A DNA stretch of 63,638 bases, filler included, from Reticulomyxa filosa (GCA_000512085.1; 19 parts of 19 records of this genome joined end to end with filler, not necessarily neighbours in it); one strand, 5' to 3'; counted from the whole stretch's first letter, positions 9,289-24,050 are shown. Notes: a model not told the origin generated them from the letters alone. A program made the numbers and translations.

Positions 9289-10457
9289 TTATGTTATCTG
9301 AAACAATTCGTCCAAAAGTTTCCAAAAAGCTTGTCTCCAAGTCAATCGGTAACGGTATACTATTCCAAAAATGTTCGCTTTTCGGGTTCCATATGAATAG
9401 TTGTTGTAACTATTCGACAAGGCCATCCAATTTAATGAATAGTTGATCATTTTATCGGACACAGTGATGGTCTCTGTGGGTCCAATCCTCTCCCTCTCGT
9501 TCGAATATAAAACGTCCTTGAACACGGATTTGAGCTCATGTCCCAAATGCACAAATATACAGAGTCCATTTCGCTCAATTGTTCAAATGGTAACTCGATT
9601 TCTTTTTCTCCTTTTTTAATTTTATTCAAACAAAAAAATTTATCAAATGTCAAATTTTTTTTAAAATAAAAAAAATAAAATAAAAAACCTTTGATATCTA
9701 ATTGCAATAAATATCCTTCTTGATGTGAAAGTCGATTGACGAGCAAAAAGACGTAATGCAAAGACTTGGAGTGCTCGAGAATGACAAATTCAGCGGGGAC
9801 ACTTAGGACTGGACTCGGCAGAGATCGATGGGTCTCTTGATTGAACTCACAAATGGTATGCACACGCAACGTGTAATTATTGGGAGATGGAGTCAATGGC
9901 ATCCACACTTGCTGACACATGTGCGATTGTGCAGAGGTCTTGTGATAATGCTCACTAAACTCAATTTCATATCGAACTATTCCAATGGCTTGATAGGGCG
10001 AACTCCAACAGAGCCATTTGGAGGACTCGGAATTACTACGACTACTACTTTGATGATAATACATTCGAACCTGACTGGGAGGGGAGGGCTCAAAACCAGA
10101 TCTTTGCATAAACACTGGAGTTTTGAAGACTACTGGCCAACTCTCTTCCTTGTCTCATTTGTGTCGCATTTCATTGCACTGATCGTCACTACGTACTCTT
10201 GGTTTTCTTTTAATTCCACGCTCTTCCATTTACATTCGTTCTTCACTTGTCCCATCACTTCACCTTTCAAATGGTTATATTCACGGATCACATATTCAAT
10301 CGTCGTCTCCGTTGTCTTTTCATCGCTTGCTTCGAATATCGCCGGCTTCCAGCTCATATTCACACTCGTGAAAAAAAATGCAGTCACGTGAGGGAATAGA
10401 GGTCGCACTGGCAGATGCTCAATACTCATAATCTCCTCCAAACTTTTATACGTCTTC
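9289..10457 (-). CDS. fibronectin type III-like domain protein, partial, multi-exon
   Basis: SVNMSWKP...EYVI...LKENQEYVVTISA and WLCWSSP...IVRYEIE...NYTLRVHT...RSLPS resemble FN3 repeats. Confidence 0.45.
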
Positions 10458-10557
10458 NNNNNNNNNNNNNNNNNNNNNNNNNNNNNNNNNNNNNNNNNNN
10501 NTTAATTAATTAANNNNNNNNNNNNNNNNNNNNNNNNNNNNNNNNNNNNNNNNNNNN

Positions 10558-12464
10558 TGTTTGTGTTTGTGTTTGTACTTGTGTCTGCACTTGCACCACT
10601 TTTTCTTTGGTATCGACACTTTCATTGGAGCCCTTGACTGGCTCCGTATTTCGTTCTTCTTTCTTGTCGATAGATTGAGAAGGATCGCCTTTGTTTACTC
10701 TTTTGGGTGGTGGCATCGGTGGTCCGGACGTAAACATTTGTGGGGGTAGGATTCGGATTGGGTTGGCAATTAGCACATCAATCTTCGGCTCTACAATATA
10801 ATATGCATTATATATATATACATATATATAGTATATGTGTATGTACGAGTTTTAAAAATAGAATAAGAGAAATTTGTAACGGTTTTTCACTCCATTCCAT
10901 TCATCTTCCATACAATTAATAAAAAATAGTTCCAAGCGATTGGATTGAAATGGCAACAATTCTCTCAAATTTTTTTTTGTTGCTTCCCACACCCGTTCCA
11001 ATTGTTTAAAGTGCTTTGTGAGCAATCCATTGTTTGGCATGGTTCGATCTTGCACGATTTCCACCAATAACTCGCCAATCACTCGAATCTATTTTTCTCT
11101 TTTTTTTTTTTATAACGTCTGTTGAAAAGAGAAAAGAAAATAATTAACTGTGAATACACTCAATCGATCTACTCTTTCCAGTGCAGACAAGAGCATTTCG
11201 ACAATGTCAATTGGATATCCAATGTCTTCTTCCAAGCCACGACCAAGCGCCTCTTTTGTGGCACTGTAAGAGATATTGCAAGCAGGAGAGACACCTTTGT
11301 CATCTTCACTTCGATTGGACGCCGTGTGTGGAGTGGAATGTGTTCTCATTACGACTCCATCGTCCTCATTCGTATCTGTTAAAAATGCAAATCGTCCACG
11401 CTCATGTTTGATTGTATCTGCAAGAGACTCTTTGGTTTCTTCTGCTTTCATGTGATCGCTTGTAACGGGCGATTGTTGTTGCTGGGCTTGCTTTTGAATT
11501 TGTTGCATCAAAATGCGTTCTTGTCGCAAAGCCAATGGAGAGGGCAGAGTGGCCGATAAAGGCCTTGTCTTTGGAGAAGAATCTGCGGATCGTGACAACG
11601 AATGACGTCTCTGAAGCTCTCTTCCGCGATTGCTTGGATGCAATGTATGCAAATCCAAAGGATGTTTGTCTTTTCTCAATTGAATTCTTTTTTTTTTTTT
11701 TTGCAGATTTTTGCGATCGATTGTGATTGTTGTTGGAATTGCCATCGGAGCAGACTTTTGTTTTTTCATTGCCTCTATGTTTCCTTCTTTGCCATCATCG
11801 CTCTTTGTCGTTGCTTTTTCACTGCCATTGTCATCCTCGTCATTGTCATTGTCATTGTCATTGTTATCATTGTCGTCTTCATCTTCATCTTCGTCATCGT
11901 CCTTGTTATCTTCCTTTTCTTTGTAATTTTTCCGATCCGAGCGCAAGTCGGATGCACTTGTGGACAACTTTTGTCGAAACGACTCCAATTCGCCACAACT
12001 GCGTGTCCTCTTGTGATTATCCTTCACCGATCCACTACGACGTCGTTCTGTATTTGCAAGAGGACCACAAGCACAACACCTAAAACAACACGATCAACGC
12101 ACGCACGACAGAGAGAAGCGACGTTGAATCAGACCTGCGGTGGCGGTGGTAACGTTTTGAAGCGACGTGTTGGACGTGACTTTGTGCAATGGCTTGTGTT
12201 TGCTTTTCATCTTCGATGACGCGGACGTGTTCATTGGATGCGATTCCAATTCGTCCAATCGAGTGGTAATTGGTTTGGTTTCTGGCAATGGCGAATTTCG
12301 CATTGATTGTGTGGCAAACGAGGAAATATTGTTCTTTTTGCCTTTTTTCCCAGTGTCAAACAGTTCTCTTTTTCTTCTGCGCTTTTGTGGACATATTCCC
12401 GCTTCGATCAACAAGTCTTCTGAAGTTGAGGGGTTTCTTTTTTTTTTTTTTTTTTTCAAATGAC
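10558..12464 (-). CDS. hypothetical low-complexity protein, internal multi-exon fragment
   Basis: Consecutive minus-strand ORFs (12094-12459, 11110-12027, 10852-11082, 10558-10776) separated by intron-like sequence; contains a D/N tract. Confidence 0.5.
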
Positions 12465-12766
12465 NNNNNNNNNNNNNNNNNNNNNNNNNNNNNNNNNNNN
12501 NNNNNNNNTTAATTAATTAANNNNNNNNNNNNNNNNNNNNNNNNNNNNNNNNNNNNNNNNNNNNATACATACATATATATGTATGTATATGTGTTTATGA
12601 CATTACGTAACTATGTTAATAAATTGATAATTTTTTTTTTGTGGAATATATACATACCTATATATATGTGCATATACAATACATATAACATTGCTGAGGT
12701 TTTCATCAGTGAGTTAATAATAAAACATACGTTTGTGTGTGTGTGCTGATGGAAATACTTTGACAA

Positions 12767-13291
12767 GGTGACGGCGGTGGTGTTTGTGGCGTCTTTGAGC
12801 AGCTATGACGAGCGACTGTTGGAGGACGAAAATGTGATAGTCATGCGTGAGACATTGAATTTGTTTGAGGAGATTTGCAATTCCAAATGGTTCACCAAAA
12901 CGGCGATGATCTTGTTTTTGAATAAACAAGACTTGTTCATTGAAAAACTTAAGCGTATCAATTTGCAAGTGTGCTGGGATGATTACCGCGGAAACAATGA
13001 GTTCACTGACGCTATTGAGTTTATCAAAAATGCTTTTCAAGCCAAAAATCACCATAAAGATGAAAAGCACGTATACATTCACGTACGTTACACGTTGCAC
13101 TTCGGGGCTTGTTGAAGAGGACTGACAAGGGGCTTTTTTTTTTGCTTTTTTTATTTGATTAAATGTTTGTTTTTTTTGTTAAAAAAAAAAAGGTAACAAT
13201 GGCAACTGATCCTGACAATGTGAAGAGAGTCTTCAATGATGTCCAACATATTGTTATAAATTACCAGCTGAAAACCGGGGGGCTTTTATGA
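12767..13291 (+). CDS. heterotrimeric G protein alpha subunit, C-terminal exons
   Basis: VTAVVFVASLSSYD...LFEEICNSKWF...ILFLNKQDLF (G4). After an intron at about 13084-13192: VTMATDPDNVKRVFNDVQHIVINYQLKTGGLL*. Confidence 0.93.
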
Positions 13292-14551
13292 TACATGCTC
13301 GAATGCACACATACAAAAAAAAACTCTCTTATTTGTGTTGTCAAGATATTGTGAATGTGCATTGGACTTTCTCGATCAATATCCTTCCTTGAATGCACGT
13401 TTTTTGTTTGTTTATGAGTTTTTTTTTAATGCACAGTTGTAGTTGTTGCTTTCCTGCCTTTGAGTTTCTTCCAGACGGATTCGAAGTTTTTTGTTTTTCT
13501 TGAAAGCTGGTATATACTGTCCAGCTAAACACCATCATTTCTATCAACATTCAAATTATTTGCTTTTCTTTTTTCTCCTTCTTTTTTCCCTTTCTTTTAA
13601 ATTTGAACAAACAACGAATGCATCAAATGAATTGCTACACTTTGAACGTTGCCCGCACTCTTTTTGCATATTCATACGTTTAATTGCACATTCCAATTTT
13701 ATCTTGTCAACATTTTTCAAGTCTCTCTGCATGAGAAAAAATATTTTTAAAATGCACAGACGACAGTGCTATTTTCAGTTTGGCGAAAGTAAACCCTTTC
13801 ACAAAGTTTAACTCGAAACGTCCACAACAACTCCTCCTAAGTCGGAGAACCTTTGTGTCGCGAAAAAGTGACGTGGAAGATAATTATTTTGCACTTAAAG
13901 TAGATCCATCAATAGTTCCAAGATAAACGTTCAACATTTGTTCGTAAAATACTTTCTTTTGTGAAAAGTTTATAGATTTTTAAAAATTTTGAAATGTAAA
14001 ATTGTGCCAGGTTAGAAAAAACAATAATTTGCATATTAATTACTGGAGGAAGTAAAATGTTTAGAAAGGCAACTAAGCAATTTTGAAGTAAGATTTTGCT
14101 GTTTCTGAAACTTTTGAATGGTTTGTGTTAAATTTTCTAAGCAGATATTAAAAACAAAACATGTGTTCACAATATAAAATTTAGAGCTGAAGGCTTAGAC
14201 ACAACTAAGCATCCAATAAAAGACTTTTTCAAGTGTAATGAAAAATAGAGCCTCATTATCGAAGTGATGATATATACTGCCGAGACTTGCAACACTATAA
14301 GACTGATTTGCACTTTTGGAAAGTTAACCAATTTTCTCACTTTCATGAAAATTTTTTTTGGATAGAATCTGATACGTATCAATTATGAATATTATTTATG
14401 CCTAATCATACAATAAAAATTCATTGCTAACACAAAACATTTATTTCATTCTTAATCTCTTATTTTTGTTTGAAAAATAATTCTATTGTTGTCTTCAGCT
14501 AAATTATTTCCATAATGTTTTTAAATACAACACTTGTCTGAGTGGTACTTA

Positions 14552-15726
14552 TTATCCCCAAGTTCTAATTGTTTTGTCCAAAGAAACAGACATGATTGTA
14601 CTGCAATCTGGTGAAATATCCACAGCCAGCACAGTATCAGGATCTTCCAATTTTTGTATTTCATTACCTGATTTTACATTCCATAGACGAATAGTCCTGT
14701 CATCTGAACAAGACACAATAGTTTCGCTATTTGAAAAATATTTTGCTTCATTCACAGGTCCTGAATGTCCGTTTAATACTTTCAATTCTTTTCCTGATTC
14801 AACATCCCATATTCGAATTGTTTTATCAGCCGAACAAGACACAACAAACTGACTGTTTGGCGAAAATCGTGCACGCACTACAATATCAGAATGTCCTATT
14901 AGCTCTTTTAACCTTTTACAGGATGTTGTGCACCATAAGCCAATAGTATTATCATTAGATGCAGACACAAGCATTTTTCCATCTGATGAATACTGAACAC
15001 TCCTTATAATACTTGAATGTCCAATTAACGTTTGAATTCCTTTTGCAGAGGCAACATCCCACAGTCGTATTATTTTATTAGACGAGCATGATGCAATAGT
15101 TTTACCATCCGGAGAAAAGTCTACAACAAGTACAGAATTATTATGTCCTTCAAATTTCATCAGCTCTCTTCCTGATTTTACATCCCATATTCGAATTGTC
15201 TCATCGGTTGAACACGATATAATCGTATTACCATCTGGTGAAAATCTTGCATTATTAACCCAGCCATAATGCCCAGAGAAAGTTTGCAATTGTTTGCCTG
15301 AGACTGCATTACATATTTGAACACTTTTGTCAGCTGATGACAAAAGAATCTTATGACCATCTGCCGAAAAGGCTATACTTGTTATCCAATTGCCATAATT
15401 TCGTAATACTTTTAAAAATTTAAAATATTTCGACTGTGTTTCAAATATCGATTGTAAATAATAAATATTTCAACCAAAAATTAAAGAAATATAAAAAATA
15501 ATGTTTAACATATTTGAAAATAATTTTGTCAAAATAGTTGATCCATCCTAATTTAATATTTAAAACTCGAATCCAATTTTGAAGTATCAATTTGATATCG
15601 TTTTCTGACTGATTTATCAAATTCATGTTCGTGGTTGAGTATAAAGACAAAAATAGTTTTCTGAAATGTTTGAACAAAGTTTACCAATGATGACAACGCT
15701 GTTGCTTCTTTGTTAGTAAGATTCAT
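14552..15726 (-). CDS. WD40-repeat protein
   Basis: About 7 GH...FSPDG...D.TIRIWD repeats, preceded by two short exons including the module ILQNWIRVLNIKLGWINYFDKII. Confidence 0.88.
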
Positions 15727-16139
15727 TTTTTCAAGCTCTTAGATGACAGAAAAAAACTCTGAACTTTCCTAATAACGGGATAAACACAGTAAAGTACTGT
15801 ATTTATGAAATAATAATTGTTGTTACTAAAATTACATGTATTGTTGATCAAATTCTACTACACAATAAGCCAAGTCAAGGTTTGTAATTTTTTATTTCGT
15901 CTTCTGATTCTATATTCCACAGTTGGACTATTATCCAAGGTTTACTAACTCTGGTGTTCTCTTTTTTTGTGGTTAGTATTAAACGACAGATGAACAAATT
16001 TTAAACTTTTTTCTTTTATACTTTAAAAAAATTAATCATAAAGATCTTTCAAACTTGTAATGATTATTGCCAAAACAAAAATTTTAACATTTACAATTAA
16101 CCAAAATTAAATTTTTAGTTTTGATTGAGTGTAATTTTG

Positions 16140-17299
16140 TTATCTCCATATTCGGATTGTTTTGTCAGAAGAGCATGATACAATTGTATCACCACCTGAT
16201 GAAATACTAACATCGAATATTAAACCTGAATGACCTTCCAATTTCTGTATTATTTGTCCTGATTCAACATCACACAAATAAATTATCTTATCATCCGAGC
16301 AAAATACAATAGTTTGACCATCTGGAAAATATTCTACACTTCTAATACAGCATAAGTGATTAAATAATACTTTTAATTCATTTCCAGTTTTTACATCCCA
16401 TATTCGAACTGTATTGTCAATTGAACATGATAAAATTGATTTACCATCTGGCGAAAATTTTGCATTAGATATGTCTCTTGAATGTCCTTTTAATTTTTTC
16501 AATACATTATCTGATTTTACATCCCATAAACCAATTATTTTATCTCGAGATGATGATACAGCCATTTGACCATCTGGTGAATAATGTACATTCCATACAG
16601 TTTGTGAATGACCTGACAAGACTTTAACACATTTCCCAGATTCTATATTCCACAATCGTATTGTATCATCACTTGAACATGATACAATATTTTTACCATC
16701 TGGAGAAATTTCTAGACCCCATACCCAATTTGAATGCCCTTTCAATTCTTTCAATTTCTTTCCTGATGCAACGTCCCACAATTGAATTATTTTACTTGAT
16801 GAACCTGAAGCAAGTATTTGTCCATTAGGTGATAAATCTGCAACTTTGATTTGAAAAGGAATATCTTCAAAAACTTGAATCTGCTTTCCTGATTTAATAT
16901 TCCATATTCGAACAGTACTATCTTCCGATGATGAAATAATCTTTTGACAATCAGATGAAAATCTTACACTGTTTATTTCATCATTGTGCCCTCTTAAAAT
17001 TTGCAGCAATTGAAAATCTTTAGCCTATGTTGATTACATTGAAATAAATATTTTATATTGAGAAAATAAAATAAAATAAATAACATTTAACATATTTAAA
17101 GACAAATTTGTCAAAATCATTAATCCATCCTAATTTAATAAATGAAATTCGAAGCCAATTTTGGACAACAACTTCCACAATCTTTTCTGACTGTTTTTTG
17201 ATATAGTACTACATATATTTATCAAATGCAAACCGCCTGAAATGTAAGTGAAGAAGAACTTACCAACTGTGCTGCTGTAGTCACTGTATCAATATTCAT
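16140..17299 (-). CDS. WD40-repeat protein, tandem paralog
   Basis: 289-aa WD40 exon with the same upstream exon layout, including VVQNWLRISFIKLGWINDFDKFV. Confidence 0.88.
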
Positions 17300-17639
17300 T
17301 TCAATAAGTTTTGAATTTTATTGACCCCCCTTGAAGTACTTATTAAAATATCCTTGTATGATAATCTGAAGTGTTAAAAAGTGTTTAATTTTTAAAAGAA
17401 AAATTTGTAAGAAAATGAGTTAATACAATCTAAAATATCAAATTGCAAAATTTGAATTACTTTTTTTAAAATCCTTTTTTCGAGAAAAAAGAGTTGAACA
17501 TTTCCTCCTTTTATATCATAGGAAACTTTCAGGAAAAAAACAAAAGAATGTTTACTTCAATGAAAGCTTCATTGGTAAGCTTCTTTTAAATCGTAAAGGA
17601 AGCTAGTTGTCTTTTGTTTGTTGTAAATATAAATTAGTC

Positions 17640-18545
17640 AAAAGAAGAAGAAGAGATTGAATTAATTATTCAGTATTGGATTCGAATATTAAATGTTAAA
17701 TTAGGATGGATCAATGAATTTGACAAAATTGTTGTCAATTATGCAATAACATTCTTCATGTTTGATCCGTTTTGTTCAAAATCTAAATTAGTAAAAACAT
17801 ATAATGGACATAAAAATTGGGTAAATAGTATCGATTATTCAATATTTGGTAATGATAAATTTCTTTGTTCTGGATCAGATGATAAAACAATTTGTGTATG
17901 GAATGTAAAAAATAATAAACAAATTCAATCATTTAATAAACATTTAAAAGCAGTAAATTGTGTAACATTTTCACAATATTATTATAATAATTATAATCGT
18001 AATGTTATTTGTTCTTCATCATATGATAATACAATTCGTTTTTGGAATTTTAAAGATAATAGACAAATACAAATAATAAATGGATATAATAACTGGATTA
18101 GTGATATTAAATTTTCATCATTTAATAGTGGTAGATATTTATGTTATGGATCTGATGATTCAACGATTCGTTTATGTGATATTGAAACATCTAAATTATT
18201 ATATGTTTTTTATGGACATAAAAATACTATTTGGTGTATAGATTTTTCACTATTACAAAATAATGAAAGTAATAGTATTGGTATAATTGGTGGTAATGGA
18301 TATACAATTTGTTCAGGATCAGATGATAATATGATTTATATATGGGATATTGAAACAACTAAACAATTCAATATATTCAAAGGACATACAAATTATGTAA
18401 GAGTGTAAAATATGGAGTAAATGAATTAAGAAATATAATATTATCAGGATCATTTGATCAAAGTGTTCGTTTATGGGATATTCGATCTGATAAACAAATT
18501 GAAATATTTAATGGACATACAAATGGTGTAACTTGTGTTGAATAA
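17640..18545 (+). pseudogene. WD40-repeat pseudogene
   Basis: WIRILNVKLGWINEFDKIV module followed by WD repeats. A frameshift near 18400 gives a stop at 18408; WD sequence continues in another frame and then breaks off. Confidence 0.7.
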
Positions 18546-19307
18546 TTATGTTAGATAATCAATACTCCACACAATATTAGTATGCACAGTAAATGTTTTG
18601 AGTAATTTGGATGATAAACGAAATATTTCAAACATAAAACGAATAGTTACCTATGTTGAATGGAGGAACATAAAAAATAAATATTTTCAATTGATGAAAA
18701 ACAAAAAAACGTAACATAATTGGCAATAATTTTGTCAAAATAATCGATCCATCATAATTTGATCTTTAATATCAAACAATTAATTGTATCTCTTCTTCTT
18801 GCTAATTCACAAATAATATACAAAAATAAAATGAAAAATGAACATTGAAAATTTAAAGTCAACTAACATAGAAAGCTTACAAATTTTGGTTGAGTTAAAA
18901 TTTGTTTTTTATTGCTCTGAGTAGTCATTCTTTTTTTCAAGATTAATGAAAGGTTGTTTAATTATTAAAAATTTTTTTATTCTTTTTTTAAAAATTCGGA
19001 CCCTTTGGAAATTGATATTGATAACTTTGTTTCTCTTCTATCAAGCAAAACAAATAGAGAGCATGACCAATCATACTGAAACAATGTACATTATTTATCG
19101 TTTCTGCACATTTTTCAATTTTTTAACAATTTGTTATTAAGATGACATATTGTATCGTTTTTATTAATCCCATTTTATTCTTTTTTTTTGATGTATACTT
19201 TATTGTCGCGTAAAATACTTTTATGCTGTCTTACAAAAGAGTCATGTTACAGCCTCTTTTTTAAAAAAACTAAAAACCCTTTAAAAAAATTCTGCAACAT
19301 TAGCAAT

Positions 19308-21487
19308 ATGGCTAATCAAACTATAATACAAAAATCTACTGAACAAAGTCAACATATTGTTGCTTCAGCTCCCTTTCAAACTTTGCAGGATTTGCCCATC
19401 TCACTCCCTTGTTCTCAGTGTGTGTTATACAAACACGAAATCCTCATTTGCGGGGGTTATGATCGAAGAGCTTGTTATTCTTATCATACACTCAAAAACG
19501 AATACAAGTTTATCTGTGAGTATCCAAGTGATATTACATTACTTGGACACTGTGTAGTGAAATTAGCAAATAAAAACAAGAAAGACAGTAATAAAATCAC
19601 TTTGTTATCTTTTGGTGGATCGCATCAACATACATTGATGATGAAATATGCAAATGTTTGGAATGATGATAATAAATTAAAGAAATTAAATCATTACAAT
19701 CAATGGATTCCTTTCACGGACAATCATAATCATCCAGTTCACATTGAAGAAGATTATAATAATTTTAAAGGATTGAGTGCATTGATTGGTGGAAGCAACA
19801 ATCATTTGTTATTTATTGCTTATTTTATTCATAATATTAGTGTATTTGATTTAAATACATTTCAATTCATTAAACATGATACTTTACCAATTCGAGATTT
19901 GATTGAATATCCTTGTTTTGTATCAAATTCAGAAAATGGACAAGGACAAGAGATAATGAAAACAAATAAAAAAAAAAATTATGAAATGCTGTTGTTTTGT
20001 AAAAAGGGAGGATTATTAATTGAATATGATGAAGATAACAACAATTTTCAATTTCATAAACTACCAGTTTGTAAGGATATTGCACCACTCAGTGAATATG
20101 CATATGTACGTGTCAATGATACCATCTTATTCTTTGGTGGATATGGCCAAAGTGCTTCAAAATCAGTGCATAAGTACTCCATAAAAGAAAAAAAATGGAT
20201 TACATTTAAAGATATGTTCGTCCCATTGTGTAATTGTTTTGGGATATTGAATGAAGACAATACTTATATACATATCGTTGGAGGATATCATATTAAATAT
20301 AGTATATTCACACACATAAAAATAAAACTGAGTGAATTGATAGATCCACCACAGTTGGTAAGCTTCCTTTTTTTTTTGTATTTAAACACATAAATGAATT
20401 TTATTGTATGAAACTGATTGAAAAACAATCAACAGCAAATAAATGAAATAAAATTTGTTATTCAACATTGGATTCGAATTTTAAAGATAAGATTGGATGG
20501 ATTGATGATTTTAACAAAATTATTAGCAAATATGTTAAGTAATGTTTATATACATACATAATAAATGATTGATAATAATATAATTCAGATTTTCAAATAG
20601 GTAAATGGTTTTAGATTGTCGATGACTTTACAAGGACATGACAGTACAGTGAACAGTGTACGATTTTCTGCAGATGGTCGAAACATTGTTTCTGCATCAT
20701 ATGATCACACTGTTCGAATATGGGATGTTGCATCAGGAAAACAGCTTCAAACTTTTAGAGGACATACCGGTCGAGTATTTGCTGCAAGATTTTCACCTGA
20801 TGGACATACTATTGTTTCATGTTCAGGTGATGGAACAATTCGATTATGGAATATAAAAAATGGAAATGAAGTAATGAAATTTAAAAGTAATTCTAATAAA
20901 ATATGGGATGTAGACTTTTCTCCAGATGGAAAATATATTGTATCAGGCTCGCAAGATAATACAATACGATTATGGGATGTACATTCTGGGATTGAAAAAA
21001 AACAATTATTAGGACATTCAAGAGGTGTATTAAGTACACAATTTTCATCAGATGGTAAGATGATTGTATCATCATCAAGTGATAAAACAATTAATTTATG
21101 GAATGTGGAATCTGGTGAAATATCGAAGCAATTCAAAGGACATTCTGAGCGTGTAATGCGTGCAAAATTTTCTCCAGATAGTAAATTTATTATTTCCTGT
21201 TCATTGGATAACACAATTCGAATATGGAACATCGAAACAGGAATGAAATATTGCACATTTAAGGACACTCAAATCATGTGAATGATATAAAATATCTTCC
21301 AGATGGTCAAACAATTGTATCGTGTTCAAGTGATAATACAATTCGATTGTGGAACTTAAAATCAAGAACGAAAATACAAATATTAGAAGGGCATTCTCAA
21401 GCTGTGAGATGCGTGGATGTCTCTCGAAATGGAAATACAATTGCATCAGTTCTACAGATTGTAAAATTCGAATTTGGGAATAATTAA
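19308..21487 (+). pseudogene. Kelch-repeat plus WD40-repeat gene with frameshifts
   Basis: Kelch exon 19308 to about 20356 (EILICGG, LLSFGG, ILFFGG, IHIVGG), linker-module exon at about 20436-20533 with a 1-nt deletion, and WD40 exon 20601-21487 with shifts near 21245 and 21450. Confidence 0.7.
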
Positions 21488-21879
21488 GATCACATAAATA
21501 ATAAAATTTTCTAAAGTGAGATTCATTATTATTCTTGAACTTTGCTGTCTTAATATTTCAAACATTTTTTTTAAGTTGCATTATAAGTAAAATTGCAGAT
21601 AACGAATTAAATTATTGTCATTAAAAAGTACACTATTTCATTTGCTTGCAAAACGAATATTTAATGAAAGAAGAGAAATAAATAAAATGCTTCATTATCT
21701 TCTTTCTCATTTCAACAAACTTGTCAAAATAGAATTGGATGTTAAACGATTATTTGTATCTTTTCTTTTTTCAATAAATTGAAATAAAAAACAAGTCATC
21801 CACTTGAAACAATTTTCTAAACTGGAGTGAAATTTTTTGTAACATTAATTGATTTCAAAGGAAAATTAAAAGATTTAAA

Positions 21880-22763
21880 TACTCATTTTAATGAATGAAT
21901 GTCCTTTGAATTTAATTAATTGTTGGTCTAAACCATTTGGCTGTAATCACACATGCTTCAACCACAATTTAAAGATCATTTAATCACAAATATGGAATTA
22001 CATTTTGATTTAGTTAATTAATTATTCGAGTCTATGAAACAAGAAATTCAATTAAAAGATAGCCAAATCAAATGGAAAGAGATTCTCAACAAGAATTTCT
22101 CAAATATCGGGCAGATATTGAACTAATGACAAGAGGTTTCAATGCCAAAGAAAAACAAGTTTTATCTGACAACGAAAAAATTGTCAAATCATTGAAAGAG
22201 AAGAATGTCAAATTAACTCAAGATTATGAACAATTGATTCAAAAATTAAATAATCAACACAAAGAAGAAAAAGAAATTAATCAGTCTTCACTTTATCGTC
22301 TTCAATTATTGCCTTTGATTTATTTCGTTCATCATTCAGATTAATCAATACATTCACTGGACATATTGATGTATAGAGTATTGACTATTCAACATTTGAT
22401 GATTGTCAATTCATTTGTTCTGGATCATCTGATAAAACAGTTTGTGTATGGGATTTTGATAATAACAAACAAATTCAATCATTTAATGAGCATTCAAATG
22501 CTGTGTATTGTGTAAAATTTTCACCATATCACTATCGAAATCATCGTCAAAATGTTATTTATTCTTCATCATTTGACAAAACCATTCGTTTTTGGGATTT
22601 CAAAGATAATCGACAGTTACAAATATTCAATGATCATACAAGCGCTGTTTGTGGCATTGAATTTTCACCATTTAATATGGCAAATATTTATGTTCTGGGT
22701 CATATGACGAAACAATTCATTTATGGGATATTGAAACATCCAAACAATTAAATGTATTCAGAG
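21880..22763 (+). pseudogene. coiled-coil plus WD40 pseudogene fragment
   Basis: Decayed zinc-finger-like piece (CWSKPFGCNH), coiled-coil ORF 22072-22344, and WD repeats broken by frameshifts. Confidence 0.65.
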
Positions 22764-24050
22764 NNNNNNNNNNNNNNNNNNNNNNNNNNNNNNNNNNNNN
22801 NNNNNNNTTAATTAATTAANNNNNNNNNNNNNNNNNNNNNNNNNNNNNNNNNNNNNNNNNNNNTATTTTGCATTGAATTATTTCTGCAACATTCAATGAA
22901 TTACTTTCATCACAAAAATACTATCTCATTTCATAAGTAATTGGATAATAATTTTTGTTTGATTTGCTAAATAAAAAAAAATTTGAAAAAAATAGAATTA
23001 ACAATATCTGTAATTGTTCAAAATTAGAGTTTGGTGCGTAATTGGAAATCAGTTTTGATAAAATCTTTTCTATTGTTTTTAAATTTGGATGGAGATGTTA
23101 ACATCTATTATTTTGTTAAGTTGTTTTCATTGCAAAAGTATATTTTGTAATTTTTTAACATATAATTTGCACGTCCGTTCACATGCCCATCTGATTTTGA
23201 AATATGTATCCGATTGAAAGGAAAAAGAAATTTTATTAAACTGCTAAGAGATACAACATTTGAACGAGTATATGAAAAAGGAATGAAAGAATTGCAAGTA
23301 CAAGTGATAATTTATTGGGATTATGTTATCACTGATGAAATTTAAACATAAATATCCAGATTCGATTGAAGATTGGAGTCACAATACAGTGGGTCGTTTG
23401 ATGAATATAAAAACAATTTCATTAAATAAATGTAATTTGGTGACTGGCCATAAAGGTCATGTAAAACATCAAAGTCTATTTTGGTGAGAGTGGATAATCG
23501 ATGGATGTAAACAGTTTCATCGAATAAACCTCATCCAAAGAATGAAAGTTATTTCATACAACCATATTTAGTTGTATATTTTCAATGGAATGGTTTAAAT
23601 ATTGATCAAAATAAAGAACGGTTAAAAGGATATATTAAAAGTGTAACCAAATTGAAAGACAGTGATTGCAAAGAAAATATGAAACATTTATATTGCAGTG
23701 ATAATAATAAGCATGTTTTCCTCTCCGTTAGAGAAATTTGTCATTGATTGTAAAGCATTGACCATATCATCCAATTCAAACAAATATAGAAAATTGTTAT
23801 ATACAAAGTCATAACGTCGGATATCGAATTCGTTTGAGTGATGTCGTTCATCGTGGTTTTGTAATCAAGAATGTAATTATCCTTTTTTCCAATAAAACTA
23901 ATTACAACGTAGCAATANNNNNNNNNNNNNNNNNNNNNNNNNNNNNNNNNNNNNNNNNNNNTTAATTAATTAANNNNNNNNNNNNNNNNNNNNNNNNNNN
24001 NNNNNNNNNNNNNNNNNTTTGATATGTGATATGTGATATATATTTCATTT

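Noticed and set aside
11535-12219. Long overlapping ORFs on the opposite strand (also near 2150-2460, 29300-30070 and 36930-37640)
   Set aside because: They are by-products of trinucleotide repeats lacking stops in the antisense frames.
14552-22763. Alternative genetic code to explain in-frame stops
   Set aside because: Conserved genes translate and terminate normally with the standard code, and the breaks are mostly indels.
22864-23917. Coding-like decayed sequence
   Set aside because: It has many stops and no motif I can assign.
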